A stretch of DNA of 64,000 bases. It comes from Cypionkella sp. (GTDB lineage: Bacteria > Pseudomonadota > Alphaproteobacteria > Rhodobacterales > Rhodobacteraceae). Shown here piece by piece: positions 1-9,909 of this stretch. The position numbers and the translations under genes are program-made. The notes beneath the pieces were generated by a model, which saw nothing but the letters and a program-made list of their open reading frames with translations, ran no database searches and was not told where the DNA came from. Numbering within the stretch: the first letter of the stretch is position 1; every line of letters starts with the position of its first letter. The stretch is from contig JANPLZ010000056.1 of assembly GCA_031422555.1 (NCBI GenBank), positions 1,026-65,025 of the forward strand. Reading direction: 5' to 3'.

Positions 1-2
1 GG

Positions 3-158
3 TTCGGGATCGGGATGAACACGGACCATACCTTGGAAGAGGTAGGGCAGCAGTTCTCGGTCACGCGCGAACGCATCCGGCAGATTGAGGCCAAGGCGCT
101 GCGGAAGTTGAAACATCCGTCGCGGTCACGGAAGTTAAGGTCGTTTTTGGATCAGTGA
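3..158 (+). CDS. rpoD: RNA polymerase primary sigma factor, C-terminal fragment (5' part outside window)
   Basis: Frame-3 translation from the window edge reads [51 protein letters not shown]. This is the conserved region 4.2 HTH and C-terminus of sigma-70-type primary sigma factors. Confidence 0.85.
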   Translation, partial: FGIGMNTDHTLEEVGQQFSVTRERIRQIEAKALRKLKHPSRSRKLRSFLDQ

Positions 159-168
159 AGGATTGAGA

Positions 169-585
169 ATGCGCCAGTTTCTATTTCGCCGGCATTTTGT
201 GGTTTTTTTTGCGGTTTTTCTTGCATGTGGTGGGCCTGCTAGCGCCGAGCCTATTAACGGCAACACATTGTTGGAAGCTTGTAGTGCGCCGCCTGAGCAG
301 GGACTGTCGGGTTTTTGTATTGGGTATATTTTGGGTGCTTGGGAAGGCATGAACTGGGGTAATTTTAGGGTGTGGATGGACGCAAAGCCCGATGCGACGA
401 CAGATGAAATTAACTCGACTGTTCAATTTTCACTGAACACATGCGTCCCCTCTGAGGTGCAAAACGAGCAGATCAAGGATGTTGTTGTTCAATATTTGAA
501 TGAGCATCCAGCCATCCGGCATGGAGGTGCAAGGAGTCAGGTAAACTTAGCATTGACAGCAGCGTTTCCATGCGTCGCTCCTTAA
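169..585 (+). CDS. Secreted hypothetical protein, Rap1a/Tai4-like (T6SS amidase-immunity family) by motif recollection
   Basis: ATG at 169 is preceded by AAGGA. Signal peptide MRQFLFRRHFVVFFAVFLACGGPASA. N-terminal 'NGNTLLEACS...GFCIGYILG' and C-terminal 'IKDVVVQYLNEHPAIRH...ALTAAFPC' match the layout I recall for Rap1a/Tai4 domains. The gene is visibly AT-richer than its neighbours. Confidence 0.5.
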   Translation: MRQFLFRRHFVVFFAVFLACGGPASAEPINGNTLLEACSAPPEQGLSGFCIGYILGAWEGMNWGNFRVWMDAKPDATTDEINSTVQFSLNTCVPSEVQNEQIKDVVVQYLNEHPAIRHGGARSQVNLALTAAFPCVAP

Positions 586-945
586 TATGTAGCCCGTGTT
601 GGTCCACGTTCGCGTAGCTTTGTCGCCTTTCCAGGTAAAACCCCCTCACCCCACCGTCCCCCGCAACCAATCCGCCAGATCGCCGTCCTCCATCATCCCT
701 TGCGCGCAGCGGATGATGATTTGGCCGACCTCTTGCGCGTCCCAAGCAATCTCAATCCCGTTCAGGTCAAGACAGGTATCCATCGTCTGGTGCGCTGTCC
801 GTTTGTTGCTATCGTTAAAGTAATTTCTCCGGGCAACTGCCAACTGCTAAGGCCGCAAAAGCGATGCCCATACATCGTGCTGGCATTCGCTTGCCTGCTG
901 CCAATGTGCTTCCGCGGTCAACGGTGCCAGATTGCTCGCCCGCAC

Positions 946-1752
946 TCACCCCGCCGGCCTGATCCGTGCGCCGGATTTATCGGCAAAGGCGGCCAGCCTT
1001 GCGCGGGCTTCGGGTTGGGTGTTGACCACGCCTGCGATCACCGCTTCGGCATACGAGGCGTCCAGCGCGGACATATTGCCCAGATGGCTGATCGCCGAGC
1101 AGATGGCGAAATTTGACAGCGGCAGGTTTTGCGCCGCCGCCCGCGCCAGCACCAGCGCCTTGTCCAAGCTGGAGCCTTCGACCAGATATTGTGCCAACCC
1201 CAGATCAACCGCCGCCTGTCCCTGATGCACCCGCCCGGTCAGCATCATGTCGATCATCCGGGCGCGGCCCACCAGATTTGTCACCCGAATGGTGGCCCCG
1301 CCGCCGGTAAACAGCCCGCGCTGGCCTTCGGGCAAGGCAAAATAAGTGCCGGCATCGGCCACGCGGATATGGGCCGACGCCGCCAGTTCCAGACCGCCGC
1401 CGACCACCGCGCCTTTCAGCGCCGCGATGATCGGCACCCCGCCATATTCCATTTTGTTGAACGCCTCGTGCCAGCGCAGGCACAAATGCATGAAATCGGC
1501 TGGGCTGCGGTTGGCGGTGTGATGTTCCACCAGATCAAGCCCGGCACAGAAATGATCGCCGTTTGCCGTCAGAACCACCGCCCGCACGCCCGCACGCGGC
1601 GCTGTGGAAAATACCGAAATCAGGTCTTCGATGGAGGCCGCATTCAGCGCGTTGCGCTTGTCGGGGCGGTTCAGGGTGACGATCAGCACGCCGTCGCCCT
1701 GCAAATCAAGCGTCAGATGGGTGACATCCAAAGCCATGATATCAATGGTCAT
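946..1752 (-). CDS. Enoyl-CoA hydratase/isomerase (crotonase) family protein
   Basis: 268 aa. '[15 protein letters not shown]' and 'FCAGLDL' are crotonase-fold oxyanion-hole motifs. GGAGGGG RBS upstream of the ATG at 1752. It lies 21 nt downstream of acuI on the same strand. Confidence 0.85.
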   Translation of the reverse strand: MTIDIMALDVTHLTLDLQGDGVLIVTLNRPDKRNALNAASIEDLISVFSTAPRAGVRAVVLTANGDHFCAGLDLVEHHTANRSPADFMHLCLRWHEAFNKMEYGGVPIIAALKGAVVGGGLELAASAHIRVADAGTYFALPEGQRGLFTGGGATIRVTNLVGRARMIDMMLTGRVHQGQAAVDLGLAQYLVEGSSLDKALVLARAAAQNLPLSNFAICSAISHLGNMSALDASYAEAVIAGVVNTQPEARARLAAFADKSGARIRPAG

Positions 1753-1773
1753 TTCTTTGCTTCCCCTCCAGTG

Positions 1774-2766
1774 TCAGGCGTTGACATCCACCACGATCCG
1801 GCCCCGGGTTTTGCCCGCCAGAATATCGACGCCCAAAGCGGGCACCGCAGCCAGCGGTGCAACCGTGATCATGGCATCCAACACATCTTGCGGCAGGTCT
1901 GTGACAATCCGGTTCCACGCGGCAACCCGGTTGTCATAGGGCTGCAGCACCGAATCAATGCCCAGCAAGTTCACCCCGCGCAGCAAAAACGGAATAACCG
2001 AGCCGGGAAAAGTCGCCCCCCCCGCCAGACCCACAGCCGCGACCGACGCGCGCAATTGCATCTGCCCCAGCACCCGCGCCAACATCTCGCCGCCCACCGC
2101 ATCAATGCAGCCCGCCCAACTCTCAGACTCCAGCGGGCGTTTGATTGCTTGGTTGATCTGGTCGCGCGCGATGATCTCGCTGGCCCCCAAAGACTGCAGA
2201 TAACCGGCTTGCTCGGAGCGGCCGGTCACGGCGGTAACGCGGTAACCAAGATGGGCCAGAATTGCGATGCTGGCCGATCCGACACCGCCTGCACCACCGG
2301 TGACCAGAACCGGGCCGTTATCTGGGGTAAGTCCTTGTTTTTCCAATGCGATCACCGCCAGCATTGCCGTAAGTCCCGCCGTGCCCACCCCCATTGCGCG
2401 CTGCGCCGTCAGGCCCTTTGGCAAGGGCACCAGCCAATCGGCCTGCACCCGCGCCATTTGCGAAAATCCGCCCCAATGCGTCTCGCCCACGCGCCAGCCG
2501 GTCAAAACCACGGCGTCGCCGGGGCGGTAACGCGGATCGCTGGATGTTTGCACCCGGCCTGCAAAATCAATGCCCGGCACATGCGGATAGCTGCGCACCA
2601 TGCCGCCGCCCGCGCCAAGGCACAGACCATCTTTGTAATTGAGGGTGGAATAGTCGATTGCCACCAAAACCTCGCCTGGCGGCAGATCGCCAAGGCTCAG
2701 CGATTTGATGGCGGCTTTGGTGGTGCCATCGGCGGCTTTGTCGACAACGATTGCGTTAAAATCCAT
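1774..2766 (-). CDS. acuI: Acryloyl-CoA reductase (NADPH), YhdH/AcuI family MDR oxidoreductase
   Basis: From the internal ATG at 2766: MDFNAIVVDKAADGTTKAAIKSLSLGDLPPGEVLVAIDYSTLNYKDGL...YPHVPGIDFAGRV. This aligns closely with E. coli YhdH and Rhodobacter AcuI (SSLNYKDAL, PGIDFAG). The upstream 56 codons of the ORF are Pro/His-rich and not protein-like. Confidence 0.85.
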   Translation of the reverse strand: MDFNAIVVDKAADGTTKAAIKSLSLGDLPPGEVLVAIDYSTLNYKDGLCLGAGGGMVRSYPHVPGIDFAGRVQTSSDPRYRPGDAVVLTGWRVGETHWGGFSQMARVQADWLVPLPKGLTAQRAMGVGTAGLTAMLAVIALEKQGLTPDNGPVLVTGGAGGVGSASIAILAHLGYRVTAVTGRSEQAGYLQSLGASEIIARDQINQAIKRPLESESWAGCIDAVGGEMLARVLGQMQLRASVAAVGLAGGATFPGSVIPFLLRGVNLLGIDSVLQPYDNRVAAWNRIVTDLPQDVLDAMITVAPLAAVPALGVDILAGKTRGRIVVDVNA

Positions 2767-3160
2767 GGGGGTCTGCGCCTTTGTGACAGCGGTGCGGGAT
2801 TCAGAAGCGGGCAAGATCAGAAAACAGGAATTGGGAAATTTTGCCAGAGGTGGTTTTGGGTGGGGCGGCGCGCGCGGGTTTATTTGGGATAACCAAAGGG
2901 CCGGATGCCCGTGGATTGCATGCGGGCCCGGCAATGCGGGGGGCGCGTCCCCCGTGCGGTGGGTGCGCCTGCGCGCACGCAGATCGCGGGCAAGTTTGGC
3001 CTGTCGCCACAGACAGAAACCCTGCGGCAGGCGTCACTGACCTGCAGTTATGCCAAGTCCTGCGTGCATGGGGCAGCCGGACCACAGCTGATCCGGGCCA
3101 CCATCGCCGTTCGCTAAAATCAGGTAGACGCCGGACAAGCATCGCTTCTATGGTCCGGCG

Positions 3161-3847
3161 ATGATGCAGATAGATTTGGTGATCTTTGATTGTGACGGGG
3201 TGTTGATTGACAGCGAGGTCATCAGTGCCGCCATGCTGATTTCCGAGTTGGCGCAATACGGGGTGCAGATTGATCTGGAATTTGTCAGCCGCCAGTTTTT
3301 GGGCCGCAGCTATCCGGTGGTGATCAAAGAGGTGCGCACCACCTTTGGCATCACTTTGCCCGATCATTTTGAGGCTGACTACCGCGCGCGGCTGTTGGCG
3401 GCGTTTGAGCGTGATCTTAAAATCATGCCGGGGATCATGGATGTGCTGGCGCGGCTGCGGGTGCGGTGTTGCGTGGCAACATCCTCCAGCCCGGAACGGG
3501 TGGCCAAGTCGCTTGGGTTGGTGGGCTTGCAAAACACCTTTGGCGCCTCAATTTTTACCGCCACAATGGTTGCCAAAGGCAAGCCCGCGCCGGATTTGTT
3601 CTTGTTCACCGCCGAACGCATGGGCGTTGATCCGGCGCGCTGTCTGGTGGTCGAAGACAGTTTGAACGGGGTGCGCGCCGGGCTGGCCGCGGGCATGCAG
3701 GTCTGGCGCTTTACCGGCGGCAGCCATCTGCGCGGCCTGGACCTAAGCACGCCGCCCGATGCCACGGCCCATCGACGTTTTGATCGTTTTGCCGCATTTT
3801 TTGATGGTTATCCGCAACTGGCCGCGCGCCCGGGACAAAGTACATGA
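3161..3847 (+). CDS. HAD-IA family hydrolase (phosphatase / beta-phosphoglucomutase-like)
   Basis: N-terminal '[13 protein letters not shown]' (HAD motif I, DxDG). 'GKPAPDLF' and '[17 protein letters not shown]' are motifs III/IV. ATGA overlap with the next gene. Confidence 0.8.
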   Translation: MMQIDLVIFDCDGVLIDSEVISAAMLISELAQYGVQIDLEFVSRQFLGRSYPVVIKEVRTTFGITLPDHFEADYRARLLAAFERDLKIMPGIMDVLARLRVRCCVATSSSPERVAKSLGLVGLQNTFGASIFTATMVAKGKPAPDLFLFTAERMGVDPARCLVVEDSLNGVRAGLAAGMQVWRFTGGSHLRGLDLSTPPDATAHRRFDRFAAFFDGYPQLAARPGQST

Positions 3848-4809
3848 TCGAAAACCCTGACAGCGAAGCCACCCCTTTGGATGACGCCGCCCGTGCGGGG
3901 TGGCTTTATTACGTTGGCGGGCTGACCCAGGATCAGATCGCGCGCGAATTGGGAGTGTCGCGCCAGCGCGCGCAGCGTCTGGTCAGCCGGGCAATGGCCG
4001 AGGGGCTGATCCACGTGCGGCTGGAACATAAAATCGGCGCCTGTTTGCGGCTGGAGGGGGAATTGACCCGCCGCTATGGCTTGGGTCAGTGCCGGGTTGC
4101 CCCCGGTCTGGGGGCGGGGGCCGATCCGTCGCGGGCCACGGCAGCCCCGGCGGCGGCCTTGCTTGAGTCGTTTTTGGCCCGGCCCGAACCGATCACGCTG
4201 GCGCTGGGCACCGGCCGGGCCTTACGGGCGATGGTGGAAGAGATGACCTCGCAAGACTGTGCCCGCCACCGGGTGGTGTCATTGATCGGCAATATTGCGC
4301 CCGATGGGTCGGCCTCGTTCTTTGATGTGATCATCCGCATCGCTGACAAGCTGAACGCGCCGCATTATCCGATGCCGGTGCCGGTTATTTCGGAAACGCT
4401 GGAGGAATGGGCGGCGTTCCATGCGTTGCGGCCCGTCAAGGAAGTGGTGCGTCTGGCGCAAACCGCCGATGTGTCATTTGTTGGCATTGGCAACATGGGG
4501 ATGGATGCGCCTTTGGTCAAAGACGGTTTCGTGACGCCCGATCAGATGGCCGAAATTCAGGCGAAAGGCGCTGTTGGCGAATTGGTCGGCGGTGTTTTTG
4601 ACGCGGCCGGTCGCTATATCGACAATGGCATCACCGCGCGGATGGGCGGCATCCGCATCAAGGCAGACCGCAATGCGCCGGTGATCGGGGTGGCGGCAGG
4701 GGCTGCCAAGGTTTCTGCGATCCGCGCGGCCCTGACGGGGCGGCTGATCAACGGGCTGATCACCGACGAGTTGACGGCACGTCAGCTGCTGTCCGCCGTC
4801 CCGGCATAA
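3844..4809 (+). CDS. SorC/DeoR-type sugar-binding transcriptional regulator
   Basis: N-terminal HTH '[26 protein letters not shown]' followed by a roughly 250 aa sugar-binding (SorC) domain. It sits directly upstream of the polyol operon. Confidence 0.8.
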   Translation: MIENPDSEATPLDDAARAGWLYYVGGLTQDQIARELGVSRQRAQRLVSRAMAEGLIHVRLEHKIGACLRLEGELTRRYGLGQCRVAPGLGAGADPSRATAAPAAALLESFLARPEPITLALGTGRALRAMVEEMTSQDCARHRVVSLIGNIAPDGSASFFDVIIRIADKLNAPHYPMPVPVISETLEEWAAFHALRPVKEVVRLAQTADVSFVGIGNMGMDAPLVKDGFVTPDQMAEIQAKGAVGELVGGVFDAAGRYIDNGITARMGGIRIKADRNAPVIGVAAGAAKVSAIRAALTGRLINGLITDELTARQLLSAVPA

Positions 4810-4914
4810 ATCTGTAAAATTGTTACACAAGACCGTTGACAGACTCATCCCCATTTGTGAGTAATTGCCCACTAAGTGATTTTATGCTCAATCAAGAGCA
4901 CAGGGAGGAAACTG

Positions 4915-6228
4915 ATGACTTATCGTGTTCGCGCGCTGCTTGGCGCGTGCGCAGTGGCCGCGCTTTCGACAGCCGCCATTGCCGAGACAACGATCACCGT
5001 CGCCACCGTCAACAACGGCGACATGATCCGCATGCAGGGGCTGATGGATGACTTTTACGCCAAGCACCCCGACATCAAGGTTGAATGGGTCACGCTGGAA
5101 GAAAACGTCCTGCGCCAGAACATCACCAACGACATCGCCACCGGGGGCGGCCAGTATGACGTGATGACCATCGGCACCTATGAAGTGCCCATTTGGGGCA
5201 AGCAGGGCTGGCTGGTCAGCCTGAACGATCTGCCTGCCGATTATGACATCGACGATCTGCTGCCTCCGATCCGTGCCGGTCTGACAGTGGATGGCAATCT
5301 GCTGGCCTCGCCGTTCTATGGCGAATCGTCATTCCTGAACTATCGCAAGGACTTGGCCGAAAAAGCCGGTATCACCATTCCCGATGCGCCCACCTGGGAT
5401 GACATCAAGGCCGCTGCAAAGGCCATGCATGATCCGGCCAACGGCGTGTTCGGCATCTGCCTGCGCGGCAAAGCCGGCTGGGGTGAAAATATGGCCTTCC
5501 TGACCACGATGGCCAACAGCTATGGCGGACGCTGGTTTGACGAAAACTGGAAACCACAGTTCGACAGCCCAGAGTGGAAGGCTGTGATGACCGATTATGT
5601 GGATTTGCTGACCAACTACGGGCCCCCCGGTGCCAGCGGCAACGGTTACAACGAAAACCTGACAATGTCGTTGCAGGGAGCGTGCGCCATGCGGATGGAT
5701 GCCACGGTTTCGGCAGGGTCGTTGACCGATCCAAAGCAGTCGGAATTTGCGGATAAAGTCGGCTTTGCGCTGGCCCCCGACGCAGGCAAAGGCAAGCGCG
5801 CCAACTGGCTGTGGGCATGGTCGCTGGCGATCCCATCGTCGTCAGACGCACCGGATGCGGCCAAGACCTTTATCAACTGGGCGACCAACAAGGACTATCT
5901 GGCGCTGGTCGCATCTAAAGAAGGTTGGGCAAACGTGCCTCCGGGAACGCGCACCTCGCTTTATGCCAATCCGGAATACGCAGCGCTGTCTTTTGCCAAG
6001 CTGACCATCGACAGCATCAACGCGGCTGATCCGACCAATCCATCAGCCCAACCGGTGCCTTATGTCGGCGTGCAGTTCGTGGCGATCCCCGAGTTTGCGG
6101 GCATCGGCACCAGCGTGGGTGAGATTTTCTCGGCAGCCCTTGCTGGCCAAAAGACCGTTGACGAGGCTTTGGTAGAAGCACAGGCACTGGTCACCGATGA
6201 GATGACTTCGGCTGGCTATATCAAGTAA
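4915..6228 (+). CDS. smoE: Sorbitol/mannitol ABC transporter periplasmic substrate-binding protein
   Basis: ATG at 4915 with GGGAGG RBS. Signal peptide MTYRVRALLGACAVAALSTAAIA. Family-1 sugar SBP. Position and order match the Rhodobacter sphaeroides smoEFGK-smoS-mtlK operon. Confidence 0.85.
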   Translation: MTYRVRALLGACAVAALSTAAIAETTITVATVNNGDMIRMQGLMDDFYAKHPDIKVEWVTLEENVLRQNITNDIATGGGQYDVMTIGTYEVPIWGKQGWLVSLNDLPADYDIDDLLPPIRAGLTVDGNLLASPFYGESSFLNYRKDLAEKAGITIPDAPTWDDIKAAAKAMHDPANGVFGICLRGKAGWGENMAFLTTMANSYGGRWFDENWKPQFDSPEWKAVMTDYVDLLTNYGPPGASGNGYNENLTMSLQGACAMRMDATVSAGSLTDPKQSEFADKVGFALAPDAGKGKRANWLWAWSLAIPSSSDAPDAAKTFINWATNKDYLALVASKEGWANVPPGTRTSLYANPEYAALSFAKLTIDSINAADPTNPSAQPVPYVGVQFVAIPEFAGIGTSVGEIFSAALAGQKTVDEALVEAQALVTDEMTSAGYIK

Positions 6229-6251
6229 GCGGTTCGACTTCTTTTGTAACC

Positions 6252-6281
6252 GGGGACCGGCCTTTTACCGGGGCGGTCCCC
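6252..6281 (+). other. Intercistronic stem-loop after the SBP gene (perfect 8-bp GC-rich stem GGGGACCG / CGGTCCCC)
   Basis: Stem arms at 6252-6259 and 6274-6281 are perfectly complementary. There is no following T-run, so this is more likely an mRNA-stabilising or attenuating hairpin than a full terminator. Confidence 0.3.
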
Positions 6282-6400
6282 ACCTCACCCCACCCCACTC
6301 GATTTTAGCTGTCCATGGCGCAAAACCACCTTGCGCGTCCGGTATTTTACCGCGTTTCACTATGCCCAGTCCGTTCACGCCCATTGAGGAAGTGCGCCCC

Positions 6401-7273
6401 ATGTCTACGCAAAGCACCCGCGCCGCCGCCCGTTTGATGGTGGCCCCTTCAGTGATCCTGTTGTTTATCTGGATGATCGTGCCGCTGGCGATGACGATCT
6501 ATTTCTCGTTCCGGCTTTACCGGCTGCTGTCGCCCGACCGCACCGGGTGGGTTGGGTTCAACAACTATGCATGGTTTTTGAATTCGCCCGATTTCTGGGT
6601 GGCGATTGTCAACACTTTGCTGCTGGTTGGCGGGGTTTTGATCATCACCGTGGTCTTGGGTATCTTGATTGCCATCTTGATTGATCAACCGATCTGGGGT
6701 CAGGGGCCGCTGCGGATTCTGGTGATCTCGCCGTTCTTTGTGATGCCCCCCGTGGCCGCGTCGATTTGGGAAAATCTGTTCATGCACCCTCAAAATGGCC
6801 TACTTGCCGCGGCCTCGCGGGGGTTGGGATATGAGCCGATCTTGTATCTGGAAAGTTATCCGATGGCGTCGGTGATCTTTATCACCGCGTGGGAATGGTT
6901 ACCTTTTGCCACGCTGATCTTGCTGACAGCCCTGCAATCCATGTCATCTGAACAGATGGAAGCGGCAGAAATGGACGGCGCATCGGCCTTGTCGCGCTTT
7001 CGGTATCTGGTGTTGCCGCATCTTAGCCGCGCAATCACCGTGGTGATCCTGATCCAGACTATTTTCCTGCTTGGCATCTTTGGTGAGATTTTTACCACCA
7101 CCCAAGGCGGGCCGGGCAATGCGTCAACCACCTTGCCCTATATGATTTACAAACAAGCGCTGATTGCCAAAGACATCGGCCGTGCCGCCGCCGGGGGAAT
7201 CATCGCCGTGATCCTTGCCAATATCGTAGCCGTCTTTCTGATGCGCGCCATCGGCAAGCATCTGGACGCCTGA
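6401..7273 (+). CDS. smoF: Polyol ABC transporter permease
   Basis: MalF/UgpA-type permease with 6 predicted TM stretches and the EAA loop 'EAAEMDGASALSRFRYLVLP'. Start chosen at the ATG at 6401 (MSTQS...) after GAGGAAG. Confidence 0.85.
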   Translation: MSTQSTRAAARLMVAPSVILLFIWMIVPLAMTIYFSFRLYRLLSPDRTGWVGFNNYAWFLNSPDFWVAIVNTLLLVGGVLIITVVLGILIAILIDQPIWGQGPLRILVISPFFVMPPVAASIWENLFMHPQNGLLAAASRGLGYEPILYLESYPMASVIFITAWEWLPFATLILLTALQSMSSEQMEAAEMDGASALSRFRYLVLPHLSRAITVVILIQTIFLLGIFGEIFTTTQGGPGNASTTLPYMIYKQALIAKDIGRAAAGGIIAVILANIVAVFLMRAIGKHLDA

Positions 7274-7287
7274 AGGGAACCCGCACC

Positions 7288-8118
7288 ATGGCACGCACCG
7301 TTACCACCAACCAAAAGATCACCTACACGTTCTTTGCCTGGGCGGTTGGGTTGATCATCTTTTTCCCGGTTCTGTGGACGATCCTGACCAGCCTGAAAAC
7401 CGAAGCCAGCGCCGTGGCCTCGCCGCCCGAATTTCTGGGGGCGGACTGGACCTTGCAGAACTATGCCGATGTCTGGCAGCGCTCGGATTATCCGCGGTTC
7501 TTCTGGAATTCGGTGATCATCTCGATCGGATCCACCCTGCTGGGGCTGGCCATCGCTATTCCTGCGGCATGGTCGATGGCCTTTGTGCCGGGCAAGCGCA
7601 CCAAGGATCTGCTGATGTGGATGCTGTCAACCAAGATGATGCCAGCGGTGGGTGTGCTGATCCCGATGTATCTGCTGTTTCAAAAGACCGGGCTGTTTGA
7701 CACCCGCATTGGTCTGATCCTGGCGCTGATGCTGATGAACCTGCCGATTATTGTTTGGATGCTGTATACCTATTTCAAGGAAATTCCCGGCGAAATCCTT
7801 GAGGCCGCGCGGATGGATGGCGCTTCGTTGAAAAACGAAATCCTGTATGTGCTGACGCCGATGGCAATACCGGGCATCGCGTCAACCATGCTGTTGAACA
7901 TCATTCTGGCATGGAACGAGGCGTTCTGGACCATCACCCTGACCACTGTCGATGCGGCCCCGCTGTCGGCCTTTATCGCCAGCTTTTCGGCGCCGCAGGG
8001 GTTGTTTTATGCCAAGCTAAGTGCCGCCAGCACCATGGCCATCGCGCCCATCCTGATCGTCGGCTGGTTCAGTCAGAAACAACTTGTCCGCGGCCTGACC
8101 TTTGGCGCCGTGAAATGA
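7288..8118 (+). CDS. smoG: Polyol ABC transporter permease
   Basis: MalG/UgpE-type permease with EAA loop 'EAARMDGASLKNEILYVLTP'. Confidence 0.85.
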   Translation: MARTVTTNQKITYTFFAWAVGLIIFFPVLWTILTSLKTEASAVASPPEFLGADWTLQNYADVWQRSDYPRFFWNSVIISIGSTLLGLAIAIPAAWSMAFVPGKRTKDLLMWMLSTKMMPAVGVLIPMYLLFQKTGLFDTRIGLILALMLMNLPIIVWMLYTYFKEIPGEILEAARMDGASLKNEILYVLTPMAIPGIASTMLLNIILAWNEAFWTITLTTVDAAPLSAFIASFSAPQGLFYAKLSAASTMAIAPILIVGWFSQKQLVRGLTFGAVK

Positions 8119-8139
8119 AACTTGGGGAGTAGCGGCATC

Positions 8140-9141
8140 ATGGGCAAGATAACTTTGCGCAATGTGACCAAGAAATTCGGCGAAGTGGCGGTCATTCCGT
8201 CGCTTGATCTGGACATCGAGGATGGCGAGTTCGTGGTGTTTGTCGGCCCGTCGGGCTGTGGCAAATCCACCTTGCTGCGCCTGATTGCCGGGCTGGAGGA
8301 TACATCGGGCGGCATCATTTCCATCGACGGGGTGGATGCCACTGCGATGCCGCCTGCCAAACGGTCGCTTGCGATGGTGTTTCAGTCTTATGCACTTTAT
8401 CCGCACATGTCGGTGCGCAAGAACATCGCATTTCCGTTGAAAATGGCGGGCATGGATGCAGCGGCGATTGATAAAAAGGTCGAAGGGGCGGCCAAGGTTC
8501 TGAACCTGACCAGCTATCTGGAACGCCGCCCCGGTCAGTTGTCGGGCGGACAGCGTCAGCGGGTGGCCATTGGCCGTGCCATTGTGCGCGAACCCAAGGC
8601 GTTCTTGTTTGATGAGCCGCTGTCTAACCTTGACGCCGCCTTGCGCGGCAACATGCGCCTTGAGATTACCGAACTGCACCAGACCCTGAAAACCACGATG
8701 ATCTATGTGACGCACGATCAGGTCGAAGCGATGACCATGGCCGACAAGATTGTCGTGCTTCAGGCCGGGCATATCGAACAGGTGGGCAGCCCGCTGGATC
8801 TGTATAATCACCCCGCCAATGTGTTTGTGGCAGGGTTCATCGGCAGCCCACGGATGAACCTTGTCACCGGTGCCGATGCCGACGCCGAAAGCGCCACCAC
8901 CATCGGCGTGCGGCCTGAACATCTGGATATCTCTACTACGGCCGGCAAATGGGCGGGCAAGGTATCGGTCGCCGAACGGCTGGGGTCTGACACCTTTTTG
9001 CACGTAGCAGTTCCGGGGCATGGGTCTATGACGGCGCGCGGCGCAGGCGAAGTGGCGCTAAGTCATGGCGATACGGTGTATCTGACACCGCAATCTGGCA
9101 AGGTTCACCGCTTTGGCGCAGATGGAAAGAACCTGGCATGA
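8140..9141 (+). CDS. smoK: Polyol ABC transporter ATP-binding protein (MalK/UgpC type)
   Basis: Walker A 'GPSGCGKST', signature '[14 protein letters not shown]', Walker B '[11 protein letters not shown]', plus a C-terminal MalK-like regulatory domain. ATG at 8140 follows GGGGAG. Confidence 0.85.
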   Translation: MGKITLRNVTKKFGEVAVIPSLDLDIEDGEFVVFVGPSGCGKSTLLRLIAGLEDTSGGIISIDGVDATAMPPAKRSLAMVFQSYALYPHMSVRKNIAFPLKMAGMDAAAIDKKVEGAAKVLNLTSYLERRPGQLSGGQRQRVAIGRAIVREPKAFLFDEPLSNLDAALRGNMRLEITELHQTLKTTMIYVTHDQVEAMTMADKIVVLQAGHIEQVGSPLDLYNHPANVFVAGFIGSPRMNLVTGADADAESATTIGVRPEHLDISTTAGKWAGKVSVAERLGSDTFLHVAVPGHGSMTARGAGEVALSHGDTVYLTPQSGKVHRFGADGKNLA

Positions 9142-9908
9142 GGCTTGCTGGCAAATGCGCGTTGATCACCGGGGCCGCGCGCGGCATCGGCTATGAATTT
9201 GCCCGCGCCTATATCGCCCAAGGCGCGCAAGTGGCGCTGGCCGATATCAACGAAGGCGCGCTGGCAAAGGCGGTGGCCACACTTGGCCCGCAGGCGCACG
9301 GCGTGCAGATGGATGTCACCCATCAGGCCAGCATTGATGCAGGCATAGCCTCGGCAGTGGCGGCGATGGGCAAGCTGGATATCCTGATCAACAACGCGGC
9401 GCTCTTTGATGCCGCCCCGATTGTGGAAATCACCCGCGCCAGTTTTGATCGGTTGTTTTCGGTTAACGTCGCAGGCTGTCTGTTCACCATGCAGGCTGCG
9501 GCAAAACAGATGATCTCCCAAGGTCATGGCGGCAAGATCATCAACATGGCGTCCCAGGCGGGGCGGCGTGGCGAAGGTCTTGTCGCAACTTATTGCGCCA
9601 CCAAGGCCGCCGTCATCAGCCTGACCCAATCGGCGGGGCTGGATTTGATTGCGCATGGCATCAACGTCAATGCCATCGCGCCCGGCGTGGTGGACGGCGA
9701 GCATTGGGACGGTGTGGATGCGTTCTTTGCAAAGTATGAAAACCTTGCCCCCGGCGAGAAAAAGCGCGCCGTCGGCGCCGCAGTGCCTTATGGCCGCATG
9801 GGCACCGCCGCCGATCTGACTGGCATGGCCATTTTCCTTGCCTCTGCCGAGGCTGATTACATCGTCGCCCAGACATACAATGTCGATGGCGGCAACTGGA
9901 TGAGTTGA
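9138..9908 (+). CDS. smoS: Sorbitol dehydrogenase (short-chain dehydrogenase/reductase)
   Basis: 256 aa. It is near-collinear with the R. sphaeroides SmoS sequence as I recall it ('[15 protein letters not shown]', '[17 protein letters not shown]', '[20 protein letters not shown]', C-terminal '[16 protein letters not shown]'). ATGA overlap with smoK. Confidence 0.9.
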   Translation: MRLAGKCALITGAARGIGYEFARAYIAQGAQVALADINEGALAKAVATLGPQAHGVQMDVTHQASIDAGIASAVAAMGKLDILINNAALFDAAPIVEITRASFDRLFSVNVAGCLFTMQAAAKQMISQGHGGKIINMASQAGRRGEGLVATYCATKAAVISLTQSAGLDLIAHGINVNAIAPGVVDGEHWDGVDAFFAKYENLAPGEKKRAVGAAVPYGRMGTAADLTGMAIFLASAEADYIVAQTYNVDGGNWMS

Positions 9909-9909
9909 C

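Noticed and set aside
646-843. 65-codon minus-strand ORF (TTG start; internal ATG at 783 gives 45 aa) in the AT-richer islet.
   Set aside because: No Shine-Dalgarno sequence, no recognisable motif, and very short. It is kept only as a remark under the islet finding.
1129-2892. 587-aa plus-strand ORF. Similar long ORFs occur at 8017-9021(-), 10189-11358(-), 15640-16770(+), 22130-23386(+), 28456-29781(-), 35206-36135(-), 36655-37938(-), 40431-41474(-), 49227-50210(-), 49547-50530(+), 53070-54314(-), 56597-57817(+), 60566-61366(-) and 62196-63038(+).
   Set aside because: Each lies antisense to, or out of frame with, a gene that has unmistakable family motifs. Their translations are Arg/Gly/His/Gln/Pro-rich with no recognisable domains. 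This is the usual shadow-ORF artefact of stop-codon-poor GC-rich DNA.
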